Source: Tepidisphaeraceae bacterium | GTDB lineage: Bacteria > Planctomycetota > Phycisphaerae > Tepidisphaerales > Tepidisphaeraceae | Reading direction: 5' to 3' | Length of the DNA: 64,000 bases | Assembly (NCBI GenBank): GCA_035627895.1 | Contig: DASPKW010000178.1 | Span: forward strand, 5,033 to 69,032 | Shown here: piece after piece, positions 34,073-42,671 of the stretch | Position numbering within the stretch: position 1 is the stretch's first letter | Layout: each line of letters begins with the position of its first letter | Notes under the pieces: model-generated | The model's database searches: none | What the model was told of the DNA's origin: nothing | Seen by the model: the letters and a program-made list of their open reading frames with translations, nothing else | Position numbers and translations under genes: made by a program

Positions 34073-35470
34073 TCACGCCATCATGCCCTTGACGACCTTG
34101 CCGGCGACGTCGGTCAGCCGGAAATCCCGGCCCGCGTGGCGGAACGTCAGGCGCTCGTGGTCCAAGCCCAGCAGCGCGAGGATCGTCGCGTGGAAGTCGT
34201 GTACGTGTACCGGGTCGGTCGCGGGGAGGATGCCGTAGTCGTCGGACGTGCCGTACGCGGTGCCGGGCTTGGCGCCGCCGCCCGCGATCCAACTCGTGAA
34301 GCACGCCGCATGGTGCTCGCGGCCCTTGCCGTCCTTGGTGGCGACCATGGGGGTGCGGCCGAACTCGGTCGTCCAGACGACGAGCGTGTCATCGAGCATG
34401 CCGCGCGACTTGAGGTCGCGGAGCAGGCCGGCGATGGGCTGGTCGACGTTCCTGGCGAGCGGGACGTGGGCCTTCATGTCGCCGTGGGAGTCCCAGTTGC
34501 TTGAGGCGCCGACGTCGATCAATTCGATGAAGCGGACGCCGCGCTCGGCGAGGCGGCGGGCGACGAGGCACTGCCAGCCGAAGCCCTTGGTCTGACCGCG
34601 CTTCAGGCCGTAGAGGTCGAGTGTGGCGTCGGTTTCGCCGGCGAGGTCAAAGGCCTCTGGGGCCTGGGCCTGCATGCCGGCGGCGGTCTCGAAGCTGCGG
34701 ATGCGGGCGGCCAATTCGGGGTCGGCCCCGCCGCGCGTCGTGAGGTGTTTGCGATTGAGCTCGCCGAGCAGCCCCAGCTCGAGGTCCTGCAGATCCTGCG
34801 TCGCGGCCCGGCGGTGCATGGCGGGGATGGGCTCGGGGCCGGGGATCACGCGCGTGCCCTGGTGGCAGGCGGGCAGGAAGTCGCAGCCCCAGACCTGGCC
34901 GCCGGCGTACGGGAGCTGCGGCGCGAGCACGACGAAGCTCGGCAGGTTCTGGTTGAGCGTGCCCAGGCCGTAGGAGATCCAGGAGCCGATCGACGGGCGG
35001 GTGAAGGAGACCGAGCCGGTGTGGATGCCGAGGGTGGCCTCGAAGTGGTTGCCGTGGTCGCCGTACATCGAGTTGACGACGCATAGGTCGTCGGCGACGG
35101 CGCCGACGTGGGGGAAGAGGTCGGAGACCATCCGGCCCGACTGGCCGCGCGGTTTGAAGTCGAAGGACGGGGCCTTGAGGAACTGCCCGCCGCGGCCGTT
35201 CTTGGCGGGGACGGATTTCCCGGCGTCGGCGATCAGGCGAGGCTTGTAATCGAACGAATCGACGTGGGAGACGCCGCCGGTCATGAACAGGAAGATGACG
35301 CGCTTGGCCTTGGGCGCGAAGTGGGTCGGCCGCGGCAGCAGCGGATCGGCGGCGGCGGCCGACGGCAGACCGGCGTCGGCGCGGGCGACCTCGGACAGGA
35401 TCGCGGGCATCATGAGCGATCCGCCGACGAGCGAGCGGAGCATGGAGCGGCGGGAGGGGGAAGGGGTCAT
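34073..35470 (-). CDS. DUF1501 domain protein (sulfatase-fold), Tat-signal
   Basis: SRRSMLRSLVGG leader, GGVSHVDSFDYKP, WDSHGD and GREHH motifs. ATG 35470 is preferred over GTG 35500, which lies inside a repeat. Confidence 0.85.
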   Translation of the reverse strand: MTPSPSRRSMLRSLVGGSLMMPAILSEVARADAGLPSAAAADPLLPRPTHFAPKAKRVIFLFMTGGVSHVDSFDYKPRLIADAGKSVPAKNGRGGQFLKAPSFDFKPRGQSGRMVSDLFPHVGAVADDLCVVNSMYGDHGNHFEATLGIHTGSVSFTRPSIGSWISYGLGTLNQNLPSFVVLAPQLPYAGGQVWGCDFLPACHQGTRVIPGPEPIPAMHRRAATQDLQDLELGLLGELNRKHLTTRGGADPELAARIRSFETAAGMQAQAPEAFDLAGETDATLDLYGLKRGQTKGFGWQCLVARRLAERGVRFIELIDVGASSNWDSHGDMKAHVPLARNVDQPIAGLLRDLKSRGMLDDTLVVWTTEFGRTPMVATKDGKGREHHAACFTSWIAGGGAKPGTAYGTSDDYGILPATDPVHVHDFHATILALLGLDHERLTFRHAGRDFRLTDVAGKVVKGMMA

Positions 35471-35488
35471 CGTCGGGCTCACAATTCG

Positions 35489-35588
35489 CCACAGAGGCAC
35501 AGAGGCACAGGGGCACAGAGTTCAAACCAAAGGGGAAGCAATCAACTCGCTGAAATCACTTTTCTCCTCTGTGTCTCTGTGCCTGTGG
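35489..35588. repeat. inverted repeat built from tandem GGCACAGA(G) octamers
   Basis: CCACAGAGGCACAGAGGCACAGGGGCACAGAG (35489-35520) faces CTCTGTGTCTCTGTGCCTGTGG (about 35567-35588), between two co-directional minus-strand genes. Confidence 0.7.
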
Positions 35589-35597
35589 CTGTTGTTC

Positions 35598-38021
35598 TTA
35601 ATCGAGGTAGAAGAACTCATTGCTGCACAGCAGCGCCCGCACGTACGCCGCGAGGCTCGCCTTCTCGTATTCCGCGGCGGACACGTTGCTGCCGGCGAGC
35701 TTGGCGCGGTAGCGGTCCACGAACGCGACGGCGGCGGCGGTCTCCTCCGGCGTCGCGGGCCGCGCGAACGCCAACTCGATCGCCCGGGCGGCTCGGCTCG
35801 TCGCGTCCGCTCGCTCGGCCATCAACCGCGCCGCCAGTCGCTCGCTCTGCTCGTGGACGAACTTGTCGTTCATCATGTAGAGGGCTTGGAGCGGGGTCGT
35901 GCTCTCGGTGCGCTCGGCCGTGCTCGTGTTCGTGTCGGCGCCGTCGAACATCGCCAAAAACGGGTGCTTCTTGATCCGCTGCTGCATCAGGTAGACGCTG
36001 CGGAGTTTGGAGTCGTAGACGGCCGCGAACGGGGCGTGCTGGGTCCAGCCCCACTTGCCCATCGGCGGGAAGGGGTGGGCGCCGCCGACCGTGCGATCGA
36101 GGTCGGTGCTGACGAAGAGGAATGCGTCGCGGATCTCCTCGGCGTCCAGCCGGCGGCGGTCATATTGCCAGTACAGCGTATTCCCGGCGTCTTTGGTGGC
36201 GAGCGCGACGTCATCCGCGCTGGATCGCCGGTAGGCGGCCGAGGTCATGATCAGGCGGTGCATCGCCTTAATCGACCACTTGCCGTCGGCGAAGCGCTTG
36301 GAGAGGTAATCGAGCAGCTCGGGGTGCGTGGGGGCGGCGCCGCGCTTGCCGAAGTCGCTGGGCGTAGTCACCAGGCCGCGGCCGAAGTGGCCCTGCCAGA
36401 TGCGGTTGACCATGACGCGCGCGGTGAGCGGGTTGGCCGGGTCGGTGAGCCACTTGGCGAGTTCGAGGCGGCCGGAGCCCTTGTGGCCGTCGGGCAATTT
36501 CTGGCCGCCCAGAACCGTGAGGAATCCGCGGCGGACGGTCGGCCCGGGATTTCCCGGCTCGCCGCGATTCTGAACCTTCGCATCCCCCTGTTCGTCGGCG
36601 GGCTTCTCCTGGACGGCGTACGCCGACGGGACGTTCGGGGCCTGCGCGCGAATCTTGTCGAGCTCGGCCTTGGCCTTGTCCATCTGGGCCCGCGCCTGCT
36701 TCTTGGCGGCCGAATCGGACTGGCGGCGCTCCTCGCGCTTGAGGCGATTGTATTCCCGGTCGAGCGCGCTCACCTTGTCGTTGAACGCCTGCACCTGCGC
36801 GGCCTGCTCGTCGCTGGCCGACAGCACGACCATGTCCTTCTGGAACTTGGTGTTCTCGCTCCCGGGGAAGGGCCACTTGGTGCTCGAGAGGATGCCGTAG
36901 AGCGCGTAATAGTCGGCGGTCGGGATCGGGTCGAACTTGTGATCGTGGCAACGGGCGCACGACAGACTCAGGCCGAGCACGCCCTTGCCGACCGTGTCGA
37001 GCGCGTCCTCGTACGTCAGGTGCATGACGTTCTCGGGGGCGACGCTGAACCGTCGGGAGATCGCGAGGAAGCCGGTGGCGACAAGGTGGTCTTCCTTGTC
37101 TTCCGAATCAGCGTGGGGCAGCAAATCGCCGGCGATCTGCTCGGTCAGGAAGCGGTCGTACGGCTTGTCGCGGTTGAACGAGTCGATGACGTAGTTGCGG
37201 TAGAGGTACGCCTGCGGGACCGGGTAGTCGGCGGACTCGCCGGCGGTGTCGGCGTAGCGGACGACGTCCAGCCAGTGCCGACCCCAGCGCTCGCCGTACG
37301 CCGTGGTGGCGAGGAGACGGTCGATCAGCTTCTCGAACGCGTTCGGCGAGATGTCGGCGACGAACGCCTCGACTTCCTCCGGCGTGGGCGGAAGTCCGGT
37401 CAGATCAAACGTCGCCCGGCGGATCAGCGTGCGCTTGTCGGCCGCGGCTAGGGGCGCGACGCCCTTCTCGTCCTGCTTGGTGGCGAGGAACTTGTCGATC
37501 GGGTGAGCGAACTTGGCTGCCGAGCCCGAATTGGGAACGGGGACATCGGCGACGGGCTTGAACGACCAAAAGGCCCTAGCCTCGGCCGAGTCGGCGGCGG
37601 GCTGCGAGTAGGGCGACTTGGTCTCCGTCGTCCGCGGGTCCGGCGCGCCCATTTTAACCCAGGCGACGAAGTCGGCGACTTCCTGCGGCGTCAGCGCGTC
37701 GCCCTTGGGGGGCATGAGTTCGTCCGCGTCGTCACCGCGGACGGCCTTGATCAGCGGACTTTTCTCGGGCTCGCCGGGGTGGATCGTGGGCTTCTTCGAG
37801 ACCCCGCCCTTGAGCAAGCCGGCGCGCGAGTCGACCAGTAAATCCCCTTTGAGCTTCTCGCTGTGCGCGCTGTGACATGAATAGCACTTGGCGATCAGGA
37901 CGGGCCGGATCTTGTTCTCGAAGAACTCGAGGCCCTTGGGATCGGATTTGGGCGGGGCGGCGTGGACTGCGCCGGCGCAGACGGAGAGGAGCCAGGCGAG
38001 CGTGAGCGTTCGCGATGCCAT
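35598..38021 (-). CDS. PSCyt1/DUF1549/DUF1553 protein (planctomycete cytochrome-c domain family)
   Basis: Signal peptide MASRTLTLAWLLSVCAGAVHA. CYSCHS heme-binding-like motif. DUF1549/DUF1553-type regions (ERWGRHWLDVVRYADT, CARCHDHKFDPI). Paired with the downstream DUF1501 gene. Confidence 0.85.
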   Translation of the reverse strand: MASRTLTLAWLLSVCAGAVHAAPPKSDPKGLEFFENKIRPVLIAKCYSCHSAHSEKLKGDLLVDSRAGLLKGGVSKKPTIHPGEPEKSPLIKAVRGDDADELMPPKGDALTPQEVADFVAWVKMGAPDPRTTETKSPYSQPAADSAEARAFWSFKPVADVPVPNSGSAAKFAHPIDKFLATKQDEKGVAPLAAADKRTLIRRATFDLTGLPPTPEEVEAFVADISPNAFEKLIDRLLATTAYGERWGRHWLDVVRYADTAGESADYPVPQAYLYRNYVIDSFNRDKPYDRFLTEQIAGDLLPHADSEDKEDHLVATGFLAISRRFSVAPENVMHLTYEDALDTVGKGVLGLSLSCARCHDHKFDPIPTADYYALYGILSSTKWPFPGSENTKFQKDMVVLSASDEQAAQVQAFNDKVSALDREYNRLKREERRQSDSAAKKQARAQMDKAKAELDKIRAQAPNVPSAYAVQEKPADEQGDAKVQNRGEPGNPGPTVRRGFLTVLGGQKLPDGHKGSGRLELAKWLTDPANPLTARVMVNRIWQGHFGRGLVTTPSDFGKRGAAPTHPELLDYLSKRFADGKWSIKAMHRLIMTSAAYRRSSADDVALATKDAGNTLYWQYDRRRLDAEEIRDAFLFVSTDLDRTVGGAHPFPPMGKWGWTQHAPFAAVYDSKLRSVYLMQQRIKKHPFLAMFDGADTNTSTAERTESTTPLQALYMMNDKFVHEQSERLAARLMAERADATSRAARAIELAFARPATPEETAAAVAFVDRYRAKLAGSNVSAAEYEKASLAAYVRALLCSNEFFYLD

Positions 38022-38153
38022 TGTTGAATTGTACAACGGACTGGGGCGTTGGTTGGCGGAGGTTTTTAACAACCGGATGAGGGATTGGCGTGCCCGGACG
38101 GCGAACGAATCGCGACGACGCGGAGCGGCTTCGGCGGGACATTCGGACGGCGC

Positions 38154-38966
38154 TCAGGCGTTGCGGTGCCAGCGTCCGTCCTCACCCCTGACCTCGTGCG
38201 GGCAAAACGAGAGCTTGTAATCCGCGGGCGTGAACCCCTCGATCTGGTTGGCGAGGTAGTAGTGGTCCTTGCCGTTGGCGCGGCACCACTCGAGCTCGTA
38301 TAGGACGCTGAAGTTCCCCAGCCCGCGACGGGCGTGGGCGACGTCCCAGGCGAAGAACGCGCTGTAGAGGGCACCCTTCAGGTCGTCGCAGACGGACAGG
38401 CCGATCAGCTTGCCGTCGAGCCGGTACTTGAACGCCCGGCACTTCACCGGCGAACGGCCCAGACGCTTGGCGTACCAGTCGATCAGGTCGTCGAGGGGTT
38501 CGCCCTCGTCCGCCTTCTGATCCCAGCCGTGGCGATTGATCAGGTAGTCGCGGAAGAGGGCAATCGACTCGGGGTCGGATGCGTAGTCCACCGTTTCGAC
38601 GGTGACGTCGCGGTTGAGCCGCCAGCAGCGGTCGTGGGCGCGGTCGCGCTTGAACGAGTCGACCGGAATGCGGACGGACCGGCAGGCCTTGCAGTCCCGG
38701 CAGACGGGCTTCTCGATCAGGTCCGTCCGCCGCCAGTACCCTTGTTCGAGGAGGTCGGCGTAATGGCGGGCGTACTTCTTGAGCGCGTACACGCCGCGCA
38801 TGGTGGCGCGACGGTCGGGAAAGAATGGGCAGTCGTGCTCCGAGAGGACGCGCAGCGGGACCTTGGCCAGCCGCGGGGAGTCCGCGACGGACACGCTGAC
38901 GCGTGGAGGGGACAGCTTGGGGCGCTCGACGTTCATCCCGAAAACGCGCCGAGAGGGGCGCTTCAT
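38154..38966 (-). CDS. arginyl-tRNA-protein transferase / Bpt-like aminoacyl-transferase (ATE family), paralogue 1
   Basis: N-terminal Cys cluster (CRDCKACRSVRIPV) and C-terminal acyltransferase fold (LIGLSVCDDLKGALYSAFFAWD...GLGNFSVLYELEWC..YYLANQI). Confidence 0.75.
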   Translation of the reverse strand: MKRPSRRVFGMNVERPKLSPPRVSVSVADSPRLAKVPLRVLSEHDCPFFPDRRATMRGVYALKKYARHYADLLEQGYWRRTDLIEKPVCRDCKACRSVRIPVDSFKRDRAHDRCWRLNRDVTVETVDYASDPESIALFRDYLINRHGWDQKADEGEPLDDLIDWYAKRLGRSPVKCRAFKYRLDGKLIGLSVCDDLKGALYSAFFAWDVAHARRGLGNFSVLYELEWCRANGKDHYYLANQIEGFTPADYKLSFCPHEVRGEDGRWHRNA

Positions 38967-39006
38967 GCGTCAGACTTTTCAGTCCCGACGCGCGTTCAAA
39001 TGCAGG

Positions 39007-39795
39007 TCACCCATCGGACGTGTGCGACCGACCTTCCTCGTTCGCCGACGCCGCTTCCAGTCGGCGCCAAATCCCGTCGGTGCCGAGCACCTCGCACGGG
39101 CGAAAGTCGGCCTTGTACTCCATCGCCCGGCACCCGGGCACCCAGAAACCGAGATAGTACCACGGGATCCCCAATCGTCGCGCGGTTTCTATTTCCCACA
39201 ACGCGGAAAATGTACCGAGTCGGCGGTCTGCGTGATCTGGATCGAAGTAAAAGTAGACGGCGCTGAGCGATTCGGGGGCCACGTCACAGATGCCGACGCC
39301 GAGGATTTGGTGGCTGGTCGGGTCGCGATAACAGACCTCGATCGTGTCGACGGGCGAGTCGTAGAGGAACGACGTGAAGTCTTCCCACGTCTGCTCGTCG
39401 GTCGAGTCGTGCCAGAGGCGGCGGTACTTGTTGTACAGCGCGAGCTTCTCGGGCGTCGGCTCGGGCGGCGCGGCCGAGACGATCAGGTCCTGATTCTTCC
39501 GCCAAGCCCGGCGCTGCGACTTGGACGCGGCGAACTCGGCGACGGGGACGCGCAGGGGCTGGCAAAGCCGACAACCTGCGCAGACCGGCTGGTAAAGAAT
39601 CCGGCCGGAGCGGCGGAAGCCGGCGTCCATGAAGCGGTGGTAGATCTTGGCGTCCGCGCGCTCCGTCCACAGGGCCCGGGTGGTGCACTTGCGGTCGGCG
39701 AAGTACGCGCACGCGTGCGGGGCGGAGACGTGCAGGGAGACGCGCACGGGCGGCGGGTGGGAGGGATAGTGCGAGAACGACTCTGGCGCGGACAT
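39007..39795 (-). CDS. Bpt-like aminoacyl-tRNA-protein transferase (ATE family), paralogue 2
   Basis: ATG 39795 (MSAPESF). CAGCRLCQPLRVPV, ILGVGICDVAPESLSAVYFYFDP..RRLGTFSALWEIE..YYLGFWV, RAMEYK. Confidence 0.8.
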   Translation of the reverse strand: MSAPESFSHYPSHPPPVRVSLHVSAPHACAYFADRKCTTRALWTERADAKIYHRFMDAGFRRSGRILYQPVCAGCRLCQPLRVPVAEFAASKSQRRAWRKNQDLIVSAAPPEPTPEKLALYNKYRRLWHDSTDEQTWEDFTSFLYDSPVDTIEVCYRDPTSHQILGVGICDVAPESLSAVYFYFDPDHADRRLGTFSALWEIETARRLGIPWYYLGFWVPGCRAMEYKADFRPCEVLGTDGIWRRLEAASANEEGRSHTSDG

Positions 39796-39901
39796 CGCAC
39801 GGGATTGTACCGTCCGCCGAGCGATTCGCGTGCCCGGTTCCCATTCTGAGGGAGCCCAGCGACTTGTCGCGGGACGAAGTCGAACGGCGCCCGTTCGCGG
39901 C

Positions 39902-40008
39902 GCTCGGAGTTCGCCCTTTAGGGTGTAAGGGGGAAACCCGAAAGCGCGGCTTGGTGCCGTTCCAACACTGCAAATCCTCCCTTGCACGCTAAAGCGTGAA
40001 CTCCGAGC
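39902..40008. repeat. 107-bp palindromic MITE/REP-like element, family 1, second copy
   Basis: Arms at 39902-39933 and 39976-40008 share the GCTCGGAGTTC..TTTAG.GTG.AAGGGGG consensus with 366-473. Confidence 0.8.
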
Positions 40009-40016
40009 GCCGCGGA

Positions 40017-41642
40017 TCACGCCGCTCGTCGTTGCGGTGCAATGCGCGACCGAACCAGGTCCGCAGTAATCGCCGCAATCGTCGGCACCGATTTCGCCCC
40101 CCCCGCGAGCGCGTGCCGCGCCGCCGGCACCCACGACGTGCGATATGCCCCGGGCCGCAGCACCGGTCGGCCGGTCGCATCGATCGGGTGAGCGCCGGTG
40201 TCGGGCCAGACGTGGATCAGAGCGGCGGCGCCCGCGGCCGCCGTGCGGAGGTCGGCGGGCGACCCGATCGGGCCGCGGTCTAGGCTGGTGAAGTCGCCGA
40301 CGGCGTCCCAACCGATGCCGAAGAGTTCGAGCGGGAGCCCGGCGGCGTGGAGGTCGCGCACCAGACCCTGGGCGTACGCGGGCAGGATCAGCCGATCGAC
40401 GAACGCGCGGCGGTCGAGCGTCTCGGGCGCAATGCCGACCCGGCGCGCCCACTGGTCGAGATACGCGACGGGGTCGCGGCCGACGGTGAACGGGTCGCGC
40501 GCGATGTCGCCGGCGATCGTGTCCCACAGCACCCGGTGACTCGACCAATCGAACTCCGGCGCCACGACCGGCAGCGTGTCGGCGATGACCACAAGCTGGG
40601 CCCGATCGGGCGCGGCGGGGACGTTCTCCCAAGCGGGCCAGGCGCCGATCGAGATCTGCTCGGCGCGCCAGCCCGCGGCGAGGGCGAGCGGCCGCCAGGC
40701 GGGCTCGGCGAGGATCAGTGCGTCACCCGCACCGCCGGCGCGGGGCGACCGAGCGACCGTCATCCACGTGACGATCGGCAGTGACCCGGGCAGGCCGGTC
40801 GGCAGGTCGGCGCGGGCCGCGTTCGCGAGCAGGAGCGCGTCCGACCCGGCGGCGGCTCGGGCCAATGCGACCGGCGACGCGGAACAAACGTCGTCCGGGT
40901 CGATGGTCGACCACCCGGCGGCGCGGGCGAGTTGACCCAGGGCGCAGCCCGCATCGTCCCAAAGGCGGAAGCGCGACGGCGCGATCACCGTCACGCGCCC
41001 GGTCGCGCCGGTCGCAGTCGCGAAGATCTCCGGCACGCGCGCGGCCCGGCGCTCGTTCTCCGCGCGCAGCACGCGCTCGGCGGCCGCCAGCACGGGGGCC
41101 GTCTCCTCGGCGTCGAGGAGGTTGGTGCGGATGAACTGGCCGGCGGTCGGCAGGCCCTCGTTGTGGCGGAACAGGTCGGCGAGCGCGCCGGCCCAGGCGT
41201 CGCCGGCGGCGAACCAGAGGCGGCCGGCGGTGATCTCGGCGGCGAAGTCTTCGCAGGCGAGCATGACGCGGAGGTCTGCCAGGTCCGGGACGATCGCGAT
41301 CAGTCCCTGGGACGGCGTCATGCGCGACAGCGTGTAGCGGAGTTGCCGGGCGTGGGTCGGGCAGATGAAGCAGGCGACGGCCGAACCGAGGGTCATTTTC
41401 GAGAGCAGGCGCTGGGCGACGTGGGCTGGGAGGGCGGAGCCGGAGACCCAGGCGCCGGCGGGGTCGCGGGCGGTGAGGGTGCCGTCGCGGCCGCGGACCC
41501 ACTCGAGGTCGGCGGGCAGGCCGGCGGCGTGGACGGGATCGGCGACGGCGATCTGCCGCCGGCCCAGCGCGCGGAGGTTGCGGCGGAAATTGTTGCGGGC
41601 GAGAGTGGCGGCGACGGTGGTGCGAACTTCTTGGCCGATCAT
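40017..41642 (-). CDS. hypothetical protein
   Basis: 541-aa coherent ORF. I could not assign a domain confidently from the sequence alone. Confidence 0.6.
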   Translation of the reverse strand: MIGQEVRTTVAATLARNNFRRNLRALGRRQIAVADPVHAAGLPADLEWVRGRDGTLTARDPAGAWVSGSALPAHVAQRLLSKMTLGSAVACFICPTHARQLRYTLSRMTPSQGLIAIVPDLADLRVMLACEDFAAEITAGRLWFAAGDAWAGALADLFRHNEGLPTAGQFIRTNLLDAEETAPVLAAAERVLRAENERRAARVPEIFATATGATGRVTVIAPSRFRLWDDAGCALGQLARAAGWSTIDPDDVCSASPVALARAAAGSDALLLANAARADLPTGLPGSLPIVTWMTVARSPRAGGAGDALILAEPAWRPLALAAGWRAEQISIGAWPAWENVPAAPDRAQLVVIADTLPVVAPEFDWSSHRVLWDTIAGDIARDPFTVGRDPVAYLDQWARRVGIAPETLDRRAFVDRLILPAYAQGLVRDLHAAGLPLELFGIGWDAVGDFTSLDRGPIGSPADLRTAAAGAAALIHVWPDTGAHPIDATGRPVLRPGAYRTSWVPAARHALAGGAKSVPTIAAITADLVRSRIAPQRRAA

Positions 41643-41804
41643 GGGGTACGTCTCCCGGGACAGCGGTGGGCGCGCGGTGCGATTCCACCGTTATCGGACG
41701 GGCCGGCGTCGCGGCTTGACCGGATTTTGTTGTCCGAGGCGGCAAACTCCCTCCCGCCACCTACGATTGACAATTGACCACTGACCATTAACAACTCATA
41801 CGCC

Positions 41805-42668
41805 ATGAAGTTCACGAAGATGCACGGGATCGGGAACGACTACGTCTACGTCAACGGGTTCGCCGAACAGGTGGCGGACCCGGCGGGGGCCGCCGTGCGC
41901 GTGGCGGACCGGCACACGGGCGTCGGGGGCGACGGGCTGATCATGATCGTCCCGCCGACCACGCCGGGGATCGCCGACGTGCGGATGCGGATGTTCAACG
42001 CGGACGGGTCGGAGAGCGAGATGTGCGGGAACGGCGTGCGGTGCGTGGCCAAGTACGCCTACGACCACGGGCTGACCGTGAACAACCCGATGCGCGTCGA
42101 GACCGGGCGGGGCGTGCTGTCGCTGGCGCTGTCGGTCGACGCGAAGGACAAGGTCGAGCAGGTCACGGTGAACATGGCCGAGCCCATTCTGGACTTGCCG
42201 AAGATCCCGGTCGACCGGGAAAAGGTAACGCGCGGGAGCGGCGAGAACTCTTACCGGGTGTCCGTCCTGCAGGGTAACGACCTGGTCGAGGCGACGTTCG
42301 TGTCGATGGGGAACCCGCACGCGGTGATCTACGTGAACGACGTGAAGACGCTCGACCTGGCGCGGATCGGCCCGCCGCTGGAGAACCACCCGGCGTTTCC
42401 CCGGCGGATGAACGTGCACTGGGTGCAGATCGTCTCGCGCGACGAGGTCGTCATGCGGACGTGGGAGCGCGGGAGCGGGATCACGCTGGCGTGCGGGACC
42501 GGTGCGTGCGCGGTGGCCGTCGCGGGCGTGCTGACCGGGCGCACGAACCGGACGGTCCTGGCACACCTGCCCGGCGGCGATCTGACGCTCGAGTGGCGCG
42601 AGGCCGACAACAACGTCTACATGACCGGCCCGGCGACGGAAGTGTTCAGCGGGGAGTGGGCGGAATAG
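41805..42668 (+). CDS. dapF: diaminopimelate epimerase
   Basis: MHGIGNDYVYV, plus the two catalytic-Cys motifs MCGNGVRCVAKY and ACGTGACAVAVAG. Confidence 0.9.
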   Translation: MKFTKMHGIGNDYVYVNGFAEQVADPAGAAVRVADRHTGVGGDGLIMIVPPTTPGIADVRMRMFNADGSESEMCGNGVRCVAKYAYDHGLTVNNPMRVETGRGVLSLALSVDAKDKVEQVTVNMAEPILDLPKIPVDREKVTRGSGENSYRVSVLQGNDLVEATFVSMGNPHAVIYVNDVKTLDLARIGPPLENHPAFPRRMNVHWVQIVSRDEVVMRTWERGSGITLACGTGACAVAVAGVLTGRTNRTVLAHLPGGDLTLEWREADNNVYMTGPATEVFSGEWAE

Positions 42669-42671
42669 CGA

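Noticed and set aside
35283-37451. ORF 35283-37451 (+, 722 aa).
   Set aside because: It is antisense to the PSCyt/DUF1553 gene and passes through the octamer repeat. It has no motifs.
39796-40632. The N-terminal extension of ORF 39007-40632 (541 aa).
   Set aside because: The extension is Arg/Pro/Gly-rich, crosses the family 1 palindromic element and overlaps the 40017-41642 gene. The Bpt-like protein starts at ATG 39795.
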